Assembly (NCBI GenBank): GCA_028693055.1
Contig: JAQUWD010000008.1
Coordinates: forward strand, 5,768 to 69,767
Length of the DNA: 64,000 nt
Source of the DNA: Eubacteriales bacterium
Lineage (GTDB): Bacteria; Bacillota; Clostridia; Christensenellales; Aristaeellaceae
Reading direction: 5' to 3'
Part shown: one piece after another, positions 1-8,465 of the stretch
Position numbering within the stretch: position 1 is the first letter of the stretch
How the letters are laid out: each line of letters starts with the position of its first letter
Position numbers and translations under genes: made by a program
The notes under the pieces: model-generated
Told to the model about the DNA's origin: nothing
What the model saw: the letters and a program-made list of their open reading frames with translations, nothing else
The model's database searches: none

Positions 1-80
1 ATGCGGGAAGTGACGCGTCTGCCCAAAGACTCCTTGAGCTATGAGACCTTTGTGCCCTGGCAGAATGCCCTGCCGGGTGA

Positions 81-542
81 TCTCCTCTCAGGTTTACAAC
101 CTTCTTCAATGAAGAAACCGGCGGACGGCTTGCGGCAAACCGCGCTTTCAATATAGAGCTGGCTGCCCGCCGCATACAGGCAGCCATCATCCAACAACAG
201 GAATCGTTTTCCTTTAACAGGCTCTGCGGTCCGTACAAAAAATCAAACGGATACCTGATGGCGCCCAATATCAGCAACGACGGAAAGGGCTACGGGGGCG
301 GCGTATGCCAGCTTTCCACAACATTATATAACGCGGCACTCGGACTGCCATTACGGATTGACCAATGGAGCGTGCATCGGGAAAGAGGAGTTGCTTATAT
401 TCCGCAATACTTTGATGCCGCGGTTGGCTCGTACAGTGACCTGGCGTTCACCAATCTGCTGCCCTATGCCATCACCTTGGACGTGCTGACTCAAAACGGT
501 GCGCTGACGGTTCTCATCCGACGTGCAGACGAAACGAACTGA
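81..542 (+). CDS. VanW-like domain protein, C-terminal part (5' end off window or disrupted near nt 80)
   Basis: Frame-3 translation FTTFFNEETGGRLAANRAFNIELAARRIQ...FSFNRLCGP...GYGGGVCQLSTTLYNAAL...IPQYFDAAV matches the conserved VanW core (GGGxCQxSTTLYNA). Frame 3 is closed by TGA at 78-80, and nt 1-155 are open only in frame 1. Confidence 0.6.
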   Translation, partial: SPLRFTTFFNEETGGRLAANRAFNIELAARRIQAAIIQQQESFSFNRLCGPYKKSNGYLMAPNISNDGKGYGGGVCQLSTTLYNAALGLPLRIDQWSVHRERGVAYIPQYFDAAVGSYSDLAFTNLLPYAITLDVLTQNGALTVLIRRADETN

Positions 543-721
543 GCCTGTGCGATTGGCTCATGGCTTTAGGCACTACCTTCCTGTCAGGAAAAAGGACAAT
601 GCAAGCCATGAAAGCCACAATCATTCATCCTCAGCTAACTTTACTGGCGCGTTGTCCGTATACTATATGAAAGCAAGTGATGCATCCGCGCTTTCCGAAA
701 GAAACTCCCAGAGGAGAAATC

Positions 722-1201
722 ATGATTTACGACGACCAATTCACCCGCGAAACGACAGCGCTGACCCCGACGCTCTACCGGATCTCCATGAGCATCCTGC
801 GGCATGAGGCCGACTGCCGGGACGCCGTGCAGCAAGCCCTGCTGAATGTGTGGGTGGCCCGCGGACGTTTGGAGGAAGCGCGGTTCCGCACATACCTGAC
901 GCGTGTCCTCATCAACGAATGCCGGAACATCCAGCGCAGGCGCCGGCGCGAGACCCCGGTGGATGAGATGCCGGACCTGGAATACGTCATGCAGCCGGAG
1001 CAGTCTGAACTGCGGGAGGCCATCGACCTCTTGCCGGAATCCCTTCGGACGCCCCTCCTGCTGCACTACATGGAACGTTTCAACGAAAAGGAAACCGCCG
1101 CCGCGCTTGGCATCACCGTCGTTGCTGTCAAAAACAGGATGTACCGCGCGCGAAAGGCACTGAAGCAACAGCTGAAGGAGTGGGAGGTCGCACCGCAATG
1201 A
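722..1201 (+). CDS. ECF-type RNA polymerase sigma-70 family factor
   Basis: Region 2-like RDAVQQALLNVW and region 4 HTH ETAAALGITVVAVKNRMYRARKAL. GAGGAG RBS lies 5 nt before the ATG at 722. The stop overlaps the next start (ATGA). Confidence 0.85.
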   Translation: MIYDDQFTRETTALTPTLYRISMSILRHEADCRDAVQQALLNVWVARGRLEEARFRTYLTRVLINECRNIQRRRRRETPVDEMPDLEYVMQPEQSELREAIDLLPESLRTPLLLHYMERFNEKETAAALGITVVAVKNRMYRARKALKQQLKEWEVAPQ

Positions 1202-3261
1202 AGAAGAACGCGCTGAACAACGAGCGCCTGCAAGCGCTGTTTCCCGAGACGCCCCAAGCTTTCAGCGATTTTGTTGAGCACAGGCTCAACGACCTGAAAG
1301 CAGGAAAGGAGACCCCTGTCGTGAAAAAGAAATTGAGTATGGGCCTTGTACTGGCTCTGGTATTGGTCCTGTTGGTGACTGCTGCCGCCGTAGCGGCCGT
1401 CATCTCCCCGACGGCTGAATTCTTTGGCTTCCTCTATGGCAAGGAGAAGCAAGAGGCGCTGCTCAAGGGCGACATCGCGGCCATTGGCCAGGTGCGTGCG
1501 GTTGGCGACCTGGAAGTGACCCTGGAGGATGTTGTTTACCAGTCGGAAGGCGATATGACCGGGCTGTACGGCACCGGTATCATTGCCCCGAAGGAAGGCA
1601 GCAAGGTGGTGCTGATTCCCGAGGATTACAGCCCCGCATCGCCTGCCGGATACACACTGCACTATGGCAAGGATGAGGAGGTGCCCGAGGACGCGCCTAC
1701 CTACCTTGAACAGGCCGAAAAGACCGGTTCCAAGCTTCTGCAGGTTTCGGTTCGACCGGACAGCCTTGTACAGGCCGACAAGCAGGTGGACGTTGACGTC
1801 GGAACCAGCCTGCTGCCCTTGCCCGACGGCCGCGTCCGCTTCGCGTTCGAGTTGGCAGGGCCCGGTGCGCTGCGCGCCAGCGAATATCTCCTGAAGATGG
1901 ACCTGGTCTGGCTTGAGCTGGACGGGCAGGGAGAACCGGTGAACGGCGTGAAGAGGGACAGCTGGGATGTTCATGTCGTGCCGCAGCTTTCTGAAACGGC
2001 TGAGGCCGCCATCGCATCCCAGACCCCGGTGCCCGAGCCCACGGCGGCTCCCACCGCGGCCCCCGGCGCCGTCCTGATGGTCGGCCAGCACTGGTCGGAG
2101 CATGAAAAATACACAGCCGCGCATCCCGAGCGCAGCGCCCAGAACATCGCTCTGGAATACGGCGAGTGGTACGACTTCATCGCGAACCCCGAAAACGTAT
2201 GGGACGTGGGCTTCTTCTTCCTGGAGGATGGCAGCCTGGACGCCCTGATCAAGGCCGGGCGCATCCTGGACCTTTCGGACAACGAAACCATCATGGCCAA
2301 GGTGAACGACCTCTATCCCAGGGTGCAGGAAGCCCTGGCCCGGGATGGCAAGACCTATGCCGTGCCCCACGCAGTCTTTGGGGGTCACAACGGCTTGGCA
2401 GCCATCGATGAGGACACATGGAAACAGTTTGGCTGGGATTTCAGCAAAGCGCCCGGGACCTTTGAAGAACTGGCCGCTCTGGCTGAGGAATACATGGCCC
2501 TGCCCCTGGAGACCCGCCGCGGCACCCGCTTCCTGGGAGAAGGGGAAACCGCCGCGGCGACCCGCCGCACGCTGCTCAGTGAACTTGTCAACATAGCCTA
2601 TGCGGAAGCCATGGCAAAGGGTGACCCCGGCGCCATTGACACCACGGCAATGCGGAAAGGCCTTGCGCAGATCGAAGCGGCCAGCAGGGTTCTGGGCGGA
2701 AAACAGGCGTCCAGGGACGCCAAGGGGAACATGCGCGTCCTCATCTTTGAAGGCTGGCCCTACGTGGATGCCCATGGCCGCAGGCAGCTGAGCCTTCACC
2801 TGGGAGAAGTGCCCGCCTTCACCCAGCGCCTGGGCGTGTGCGTCATCAACGCCGACGCCCCCAACAAAGAGGCCGCCATCCAGTACGTGGAGTGGCTTGT
2901 CGACAACACCAACGCCCAGTTCCTGCCCATGCTCAACGCCGTCATGACAGCGCCGGAAATCGCCAAAATGAGCGTTGAACAGAACATTTTGAGTTACAAC
3001 ATGAGCAGCCTTATCCAAGCCGGTATCAGCCAGGAAGACCTGGCCCAGGTTGAGAAGCTCAAGGGCATGCTGGCAAGCGGCGATGTCAGCAAATACGGCC
3101 CGGAGGAAGCCGGACTGGCCCGCTTCCGCCAGGAAGTCGCCCCCTATATGACCATCATGACAAGCCCCTACCCCGTGACCTATGACATCCAGCAGGACTA
3201 CCTGGACGGCAAGCTGGACGTGGACGCCTTCATCAAGGCGCTGCAGGAAGCGGCGAAGTAA
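1198..3261 (+). CDS. Putative membrane-anchored anti-sigma factor with a large extracellular solute-binding-protein-like domain
   Basis: Translationally coupled to the sigma gene. Short cytoplasmic N-terminus, one TM segment (LSMGLVLALVLVLLVTAAAVAAVI), a Pro/Ala/Thr linker, then ~400 aa resembling ABC-type extracellular solute-binding proteins (DGKTYAVPHAV...FEELAALAEEY). Confidence 0.6.
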   Translation: MKKNALNNERLQALFPETPQAFSDFVEHRLNDLKAGKETPVVKKKLSMGLVLALVLVLLVTAAAVAAVISPTAEFFGFLYGKEKQEALLKGDIAAIGQVRAVGDLEVTLEDVVYQSEGDMTGLYGTGIIAPKEGSKVVLIPEDYSPASPAGYTLHYGKDEEVPEDAPTYLEQAEKTGSKLLQVSVRPDSLVQADKQVDVDVGTSLLPLPDGRVRFAFELAGPGALRASEYLLKMDLVWLELDGQGEPVNGVKRDSWDVHVVPQLSETAEAAIASQTPVPEPTAAPTAAPGAVLMVGQHWSEHEKYTAAHPERSAQNIALEYGEWYDFIANPENVWDVGFFFLEDGSLDALIKAGRILDLSDNETIMAKVNDLYPRVQEALARDGKTYAVPHAVFGGHNGLAAIDEDTWKQFGWDFSKAPGTFEELAALAEEYMALPLETRRGTRFLGEGETAAATRRTLLSELVNIAYAEAMAKGDPGAIDTTAMRKGLAQIEAASRVLGGKQASRDAKGNMRVLIFEGWPYVDAHGRRQLSLHLGEVPAFTQRLGVCVINADAPNKEAAIQYVEWLVDNTNAQFLPMLNAVMTAPEIAKMSVEQNILSYNMSSLIQAGISQEDLAQVEKLKGMLASGDVSKYGPEEAGLARFRQEVAPYMTIMTSPYPVTYDIQQDYLDGKLDVDAFIKALQEAAK

Positions 3262-3324
3262 GGCACAGGAGAACCTGCTAAGGCCGAATCAGCCAGACAT
3301 TTGGGTTGACCTCGCAACATGACC

Positions 3325-3357
3325 AAGGGCTGCCAAGGGAAAAGGCAGCCCTTTTGC
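3325..3357 (+). terminator. Rho-independent terminator
   Basis: AAGGGCTGCC-(9 nt loop)-GGCAGCCCTT followed by TTT, 64 nt after the stop at 3261. Confidence 0.7.
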
Positions 3358-3883
3358 TACATCATTGGATCCCAATTTTAAGCCCGATAGAAACCAGTTC
3401 TTTCATCCTGCTTGCATAAAGCTATTTTACTCATTTGTTCATTTTTTTACTTATTTTTGTCTACGAACAAGGATATTGAGCAAATCAGCATCCCTAATCC
3501 TGCACAGTTTTCTTGTTACATTATATACCAATAGATAATATTGTCAATAATGCAATGATCACAGGAAGAACTATCGTATACGTAATGACCGAGTGCAGAG
3601 CAGAAGTTATCAAATGATATTTTCAGCTCGCCCGAGTCAACACACGATGCTGATGTCTAATAATTAATGAGGCTTGATACTGAATTTACGGTTAGAAAAA
3701 ATGTGTTACTTGGAATAGTTTCTGCACACATACACGATTCACCGTTTCAGAGTGCACCCACCGCCGATTGTATCAAAAACATAAGTATTTTCCAGTAAAG
3801 GACTCAGATATTGATACATTATCTGGGTCTTTTCATTTTTTGTTTTATCCCCTTCACCGCGCAAAGAAAACATTCGTATCCCC

Positions 3884-3912
3884 TTGACGTACAGTTCTGT
3901 CGGTGCTATACT
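3884..3912 (+). promoter_or_regulatory. Sigma-A type promoter of the infC-rpmI-rplT operon
   Basis: TTGACG (3884-3889), 17-nt spacer, TATACT (3907-3912). Confidence 0.65.
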
Positions 3913-4056
3913 CTACTTTGTAAGCAGAAGCTACCCGCTTCTCACCGCGCGAACATCTTGCGCTGGTCATGGCACGAAAGTCCATGGGGTGCGTACGGCG
4001 GGTAGTGTGCCCGGCGTTTTTTTATGTAAAAACGCCACGAACCAATTTGGAGGTGT
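3913..4056 (+). promoter_or_regulatory. infC operon leader with attenuator-like hairpin (L20-leader-like, by position)
   Basis: ~140-nt untranslated leader between promoter and infC. It contains CGGCGGG-tagtgtg-CCCGGCG followed by TTTTTTT, plus an overlapping GGCGTTTTT/AAAAACGCC hairpin. Firmicutes regulate this operon through an L20-binding leader. Confidence 0.45.
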
Positions 4057-4719
4057 ATGGATATCAACGAGCCGATGATTAACGAGGAAATCCGCGACAA
4101 AGAGGTACGTCTGATTGGCGCCGACGGGGCGCAGTTAGGCGTAATGCCCACCAAGAATGCGCTGGAAATGGCCGAGCAAGCTAATATGGATCTTGTTAAG
4201 ATCGTTTCTACGGCGCAACCCCCTGTATGTAAGCTGATGGACTACGATAAGCACCGTTACGAGCAGTCCAAACGCGAGCGCGACCTGCGCAAAAATCAGC
4301 GCATCGTGACGCTCAAGGAAGTGCAGCTTTCCGCCACCATTGAAGAGAACGACGTGCAAACCAAGTTTAAAAACGCCGTTAAATTTCTCGAGGACGGCGA
4401 CAAGGTGAAGGTGAGCATCCGCTTTCGGGGCCGTCAGATCGCCCACGCGGACATCGGCATGAACATCATGAGAGACTTTGCCAGCCGAATCGAGGAGTAC
4501 GGCACTGTCGAGCGCCGTCCCATGCTGGAAGGTCGCCACATGATTATGATTCTTGGGCCAAAAGCCGAGAAAAAGAGCTTCGCGGAAAAAAGTCAGGAGC
4601 GCAAGGAGAAGCATGCGGCCAAGCAGGCCGAGCAAACCACCGCGACGGATGTCTCCAGCGCCGAGCCGAAGCCCCAGCCCAAGAAGAAGGTCAAGCGCGA
4701 AAGCGAAAACATGATCTGA
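4057..4719 (+). CDS. infC: Translation initiation factor IF-3
   Basis: INEEIRDKEVRLIGADGAQLGVMPTKNALEMAEQANMDLVKI...VKVSIRFRGRQIAHADIG is typical IF-3. GGAGG RBS. Followed by rpmI and rplT. Lys-rich C-terminal extension. Confidence 0.95.
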   Translation: MDINEPMINEEIRDKEVRLIGADGAQLGVMPTKNALEMAEQANMDLVKIVSTAQPPVCKLMDYDKHRYEQSKRERDLRKNQRIVTLKEVQLSATIEENDVQTKFKNAVKFLEDGDKVKVSIRFRGRQIAHADIGMNIMRDFASRIEEYGTVERRPMLEGRHMIMILGPKAEKKSFAEKSQERKEKHAAKQAEQTTATDVSSAEPKPQPKKKVKRESENMI

Positions 4720-4798
4720 TTCTCAGTTACAGCCATCCCCACCCAGCGTTATGCGCCGGGGCGGTTCATGGATAGCACACGGAAGGAGGACAACCCCT

Positions 4799-4999
4799 AT
4801 GCCTAAGCAAAAATCCCATCGTGGAGCAGCAAAGCGCTTTTCCTTCACGAAGAACGGCAAAGTAAAGCATAAGCAGATGAACGCAAACCATCAGGTGCAT
4901 TTGAAAACCACCAAGCGCACCCGGCACCTGCGTGCCGACGGTGTGGTGGATAACGCCGCAGAGGCCCGCACCATCCACAAACTGCTGCCCTACAAATAA
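4799..4999 (+). CDS. rpmI: 50S ribosomal protein L35
   Basis: MPKQKSHRGAAKRFSFTKNGKVKHKQ...; GGAAGGAGG RBS; conserved operon position. Confidence 0.95.
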   Translation: MPKQKSHRGAAKRFSFTKNGKVKHKQMNANHQVHLKTTKRTRHLRADGVVDNAAEARTIHKLLPYK

Positions 5000-5030
5000 A
5001 CTTTGCTAGCGATTCAAGGAGGATAAGAAC

Positions 5031-5378
5031 ATGGCACGTATCAAAGGAGCCGTAAATGCCCACAAGAAGCGCCGCAAGGTGTTTAAGCTTGCCAAGGGCT
5101 ATTTTGGCGCAAAATCAAAGCAATACCGCGCTGCCAGCGAGCAGGTAGCCCGCAGCCTTCGTTATGCTTACGAAGGACGTAAAATGCGCAAGCGCGATTT
5201 CCGCCGTCTCTGGATCACCCGTATCAACGCGGCTGCTCGTCTTAACAACATGAGCTATTCCGTGCTGATGGATGGCCTGAAAAAGAAGAACATCCTGATT
5301 AACCGCAAGATGTTGGCTGACATCGCCGTCAACGATCCCGCTGGCTTCACCAAGCTGGTAGAAACCGTACGCGGTTAA
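5031..5378 (+). CDS. rplT: 50S ribosomal protein L20
   Basis: [35 protein letters not shown]...[11 protein letters not shown] is typical L20. Confidence 0.95.
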   Translation: MARIKGAVNAHKKRRKVFKLAKGYFGAKSKQYRAASEQVARSLRYAYEGRKMRKRDFRRLWITRINAAARLNNMSYSVLMDGLKKKNILINRKMLADIAVNDPAGFTKLVETVRG

Positions 5379-5390
5379 GGCTGTCTTTTG

Positions 5391-5431
5391 AAACCCCCTT
5401 GTGCGCCTCTTGAGCGTGCAGGGGGTTTTTG
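5391..5431 (+). terminator. Rho-independent terminator after rplT
   Basis: AAACCCCCT...AGGGGGTTTTT hairpin with T-run. Confidence 0.8.
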
Positions 5432-5456
5432 CATCACTTCGGAAGGGAGAAAAGCG

Positions 5457-6179
5457 ATGCCGTCTATTACAACCGAGGGCGTTGTGCTGCGCTATGCCAA
5501 TTACCGAGAGCACGACCGTATGTTGACGGTCATCAGCCCAGAATACGGCCGCATCGACGCGCTGTCCCGGGGCTGCCGCCGACCAAAAAGCCCGCTCATG
5601 CCCGCTAGTGAGCTATTCGTCAGCGGCGAGTTCGTATTCTATCAGAGCCACGACCATTTTACGCTGACCTCCTGCACCCTGCGAGATACCTTTTACCCCT
5701 TGCGTTTGGAGCCTTATCGCCTAACCTGCGCCAGCTATCAGGCTGCGCTTTGTGCAGCGGCTGTTCAGCCCAGTCAGGAGGCCGAAGGTCTATATCGCCT
5801 GTTGCTTCGAGGCTTATATTTGTTAGCCTACGATGACCGTGGAGACGCGTTGGAAATGACGTCCGCTTTCCTTTTACTCTTCGCCGACCAGATTGGCTAC
5901 CGACCTCGTCTTACCCGTTGCGCCCATTGCCGCGTTCCTCTTCCCACGCAGTCGAGCGGACGGTTCGACATAGAGGCAGGCGGACTATGCTGTGAAGGCT
6001 GCTCCTCTCGCAGTACCTATCCTCTATCAGCGGCGCAAATCCAATGGATGGCTGCAACCTTGAAGGACGGTCTCTCCGCCAAAGAAAAAAGCGAAGGAGC
6101 CGCCCTGTTTGAGCTGCTCCGCCGCTATGTGGAAAGCCGTATTGAATTTTCACCCAAGGTCAGCAAGCTGCTTCCCTAA
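5457..6179 (+). CDS. recO: DNA repair protein RecO
   Basis: N-terminal OB-fold signature GVVLRYANYREHDRMLTVISPEYGRIDALSRG and C-terminal CxxC...CxxC zinc motif (CAHCRVP...CCEGC). GGAAGGGAG RBS before the ATG at 5457. Confidence 0.85.
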   Translation: MPSITTEGVVLRYANYREHDRMLTVISPEYGRIDALSRGCRRPKSPLMPASELFVSGEFVFYQSHDHFTLTSCTLRDTFYPLRLEPYRLTCASYQAALCAAAVQPSQEAEGLYRLLLRGLYLLAYDDRGDALEMTSAFLLLFADQIGYRPRLTRCAHCRVPLPTQSSGRFDIEAGGLCCEGCSSRSTYPLSAAQIQWMAATLKDGLSAKEKSEGAALFELLRRYVESRIEFSPKVSKLLP

Positions 6180-6183
6180 CGCT

Positions 6184-7668
6184 TCATTCCAGCGCAAAAG
6201 GAGCCAGCGGCAAACCGTTTTCTCCAAACAAACGAGCCTTGCCGTAATTGACCCATGCGTATCGGGCCTTAACCGGAGCAGTGATCCCCTGTGCGCGAAG
6301 CCATAGCTCATCGCCCCGCAATTGGGCCTTCGCTGCGACGTATCGGCCGCGCTCATCAGCAATTTCAAGCAGCTCCGGCTCGCCGTTCACCATATGTGCA
6401 GGCCCGGAAAGCGTTACCACCAAAGCGTCTCCCTCCGTGCGTTTTTTCACCGCATATAGGGAGGATTGGCCTTCCTCATGGTACAACACCTGCAAGGCTT
6501 GCTGGTACAGCCGCAGCCCAACAGGCTCCTTATCGATAGGATGAATATTATCAAGCTCGCCCAAATCAATGGTTACCGCCAGCCCCGTATGGCGCAATGC
6601 GCGGTAAATGTTCCACTGCGCTTGACGGACAACCGGCCAGCTCCGGTCGTCCTCCTCATCCTCGCTGCGAAAGCAAGGCAGCTGCACGTTGAGAAAAGGC
6701 AGCTCCGAATTGAGAAAAAGCTCTCGCCATCGATAAATCATAGCAGTCAGCAGCTTTTCGTACCGTTGGGCATGAGCCGTATCCTCCTCTCCCTGATAGA
6801 ACAAGAAAGCAGTTAGGGTATACGGCGCCACTCGCTTCAACATCGTGTCGCATAGCCCAGCCGGACGATAAGGCGAAAAACGACCCATGGGCGGGGGCCA
6901 AGGGCAATGCCCTGCCTGTTGATGGATACGCTTCCAAGGAATATTGGGTTCCTTTTGGCGCAGTGCGTCCACATGCTGTTGCCAAGCCTCGCTTTCGATG
7001 GTGAAAGCCGCCAGCTCCTGCCGATACTGCTCGTCTGTTTGTTGATCCACTCGTTGATGGTATTCCTCTAGGTAAAGCCGCCCCTCGGCAAACGTATTTA
7101 ACGCTTCTTCATCCATCCAGCAGGACGCTGAGGTACCGCCCCAATAACAGTCGATCACCCCAACGGGCACCTTCAAATGAGCCCGTAGCCTTCTGGCAAA
7201 GAAATACGCCATCGCGCTTACGTTTTTCAATGCGCCCGGCGCCGCCCACGCCCAGCGCGTCAGGCCCTCGGCCTTCTCTGCCGCAGCATCCCAGCAGGCT
7301 TGCTTAGGCACATTCCAGAATCGCAGCTCATGATCGTCGTGGGCATCAATGGAGGACGGACCGTTCAATGCGTTTTGTAATTCCAGCTCCATATTGCTTT
7401 GGCCGCCGGCTAAAAACACCTCGCCGATAGCCACGTCACAATAGTCCAACCTATGCTTTCCATCCGACAAGGTCAGCGTAAGCCCGGACGCCGCCTCCAT
7501 GGGTGGCAGCAGCAAGCGAAAAGCTCCATCCCGGACTTTCGTCTGTCCACGGTAACCCGCCAGCTCGCCCGTAATCACCGAGTCGTTTTCCCCACGACCA
7601 AAAATGCAGATTTCCCGCCGACGGCAAAGAACCATATGATCCTGAAAAATAGCGGCTGGCTCAAACAT
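6184..7668 (-). CDS. Sialate O-acetylesterase-like SGNH/carbohydrate esterase
   Basis: GEVFLAGGQSNMELEL catalytic Ser block, DCYWGGTSA, and FLFYQGEEDT blocks typical of the 9-O-acetylesterase family. GGAGGA RBS before the ATG at 7668. Confidence 0.75.
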   Translation of the reverse strand: MFEPAAIFQDHMVLCRRREICIFGRGENDSVITGELAGYRGQTKVRDGAFRLLLPPMEAASGLTLTLSDGKHRLDYCDVAIGEVFLAGGQSNMELELQNALNGPSSIDAHDDHELRFWNVPKQACWDAAAEKAEGLTRWAWAAPGALKNVSAMAYFFARRLRAHLKVPVGVIDCYWGGTSASCWMDEEALNTFAEGRLYLEEYHQRVDQQTDEQYRQELAAFTIESEAWQQHVDALRQKEPNIPWKRIHQQAGHCPWPPPMGRFSPYRPAGLCDTMLKRVAPYTLTAFLFYQGEEDTAHAQRYEKLLTAMIYRWRELFLNSELPFLNVQLPCFRSEDEEDDRSWPVVRQAQWNIYRALRHTGLAVTIDLGELDNIHPIDKEPVGLRLYQQALQVLYHEEGQSSLYAVKKRTEGDALVVTLSGPAHMVNGEPELLEIADERGRYVAAKAQLRGDELWLRAQGITAPVKARYAWVNYGKARLFGENGLPLAPFALE

Positions 7669-7730
7669 ATCCGCATCCTCCAAACAGCAAAATTGTGATG
7701 AAAAAAGCAGCGTCGCCGCTGCATCATCGG

Positions 7731-8225
7731 TTAAGGAATTCTGGTTCGCATCGCCGTATCATAATAGGGCGCTCGGTTCAGCTTGATTTTGTAGTGATTC
7801 TGCATGGTATAGCAGTAGATATATTCCACATTGCCATTGATCAAGCGGACGCTTCTGCGATACAGGCGATAGTTCTTATGATCCCGGATCTTTGGCAGGC
7901 ATTCCTCCAACACAATGCGCATTGCATCCTGCTGCTCCGGGGTTAAATAGGGATATCCATAGTTTTTAACCAAAAAGGCGGTATGGCTACCGACCGGGGA
8001 TAAATAAGTAAAAAGAATCCCCGTTTTGTCAATAGAAATCTGCTCTACAGCACGCTTTCTGGAGCCTTTTAAAATAGGCAGAAGATCTTCAAAAAGCGGA
8101 GAAGCATAGATTTTTTTTACTCGCAGCTGCTCCCGCCGCCTTTGCTGATACTCCTGATAAATCGCATAGGAAAAATAGAAGAAGAGAATTAGACTCAGCA
8201 CGATTGGAAAAGCATGCTGCTCCAT
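7731..8225 (-). CDS. Hypothetical membrane-anchored protein
   Basis: ORF with an N-terminal TM segment (FPIVLSLILFFYFSYAIY). No recognisable family. Confidence 0.5.
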   Translation of the reverse strand: MEQHAFPIVLSLILFFYFSYAIYQEYQQRRREQLRVKKIYASPLFEDLLPILKGSRKRAVEQISIDKTGILFTYLSPVGSHTAFLVKNYGYPYLTPEQQDAMRIVLEECLPKIRDHKNYRLYRRSVRLINGNVEYIYCYTMQNHYKIKLNRAPYYDTAMRTRIP

Positions 8226-8465
8226 CCCTACCACCCATTTCTACAAAAGATGTTTCATTATACCATATCAAGTGTATGTTTACAACATTATCCACAAATT
8301 TAGTTTCCTTCACTAGATAAAGATATTGATGAATCAATCCGGTTACAGTAAGCCTCTCCAACTTTACAAAATACGTCTTTTGCGATAAGATAAACCAGAA
8401 GAGAAAACATTACTCCGCTCTTTTCCTTATTGATAAGGACAAAGCGACGATAGAAAGGCGATCCT

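Noticed and set aside
1066-3018. 650-aa ORF on the minus strand
   Set aside because: It is antisense to the well-supported anti-sigma/SBP-like gene. Its composition (Gly/Ala/Arg/Val-rich, low complexity) is typical of shadow ORFs in G+C-rich DNA, it has no RBS, and it overlaps the sigma gene.
3811-4154. Small ORFs (64-70 aa) overlapping the infC promoter and leader
   Set aside because: They overlap a strong promoter and attenuator-type leader of a conserved operon, and they have no RBS. Considered non-coding.
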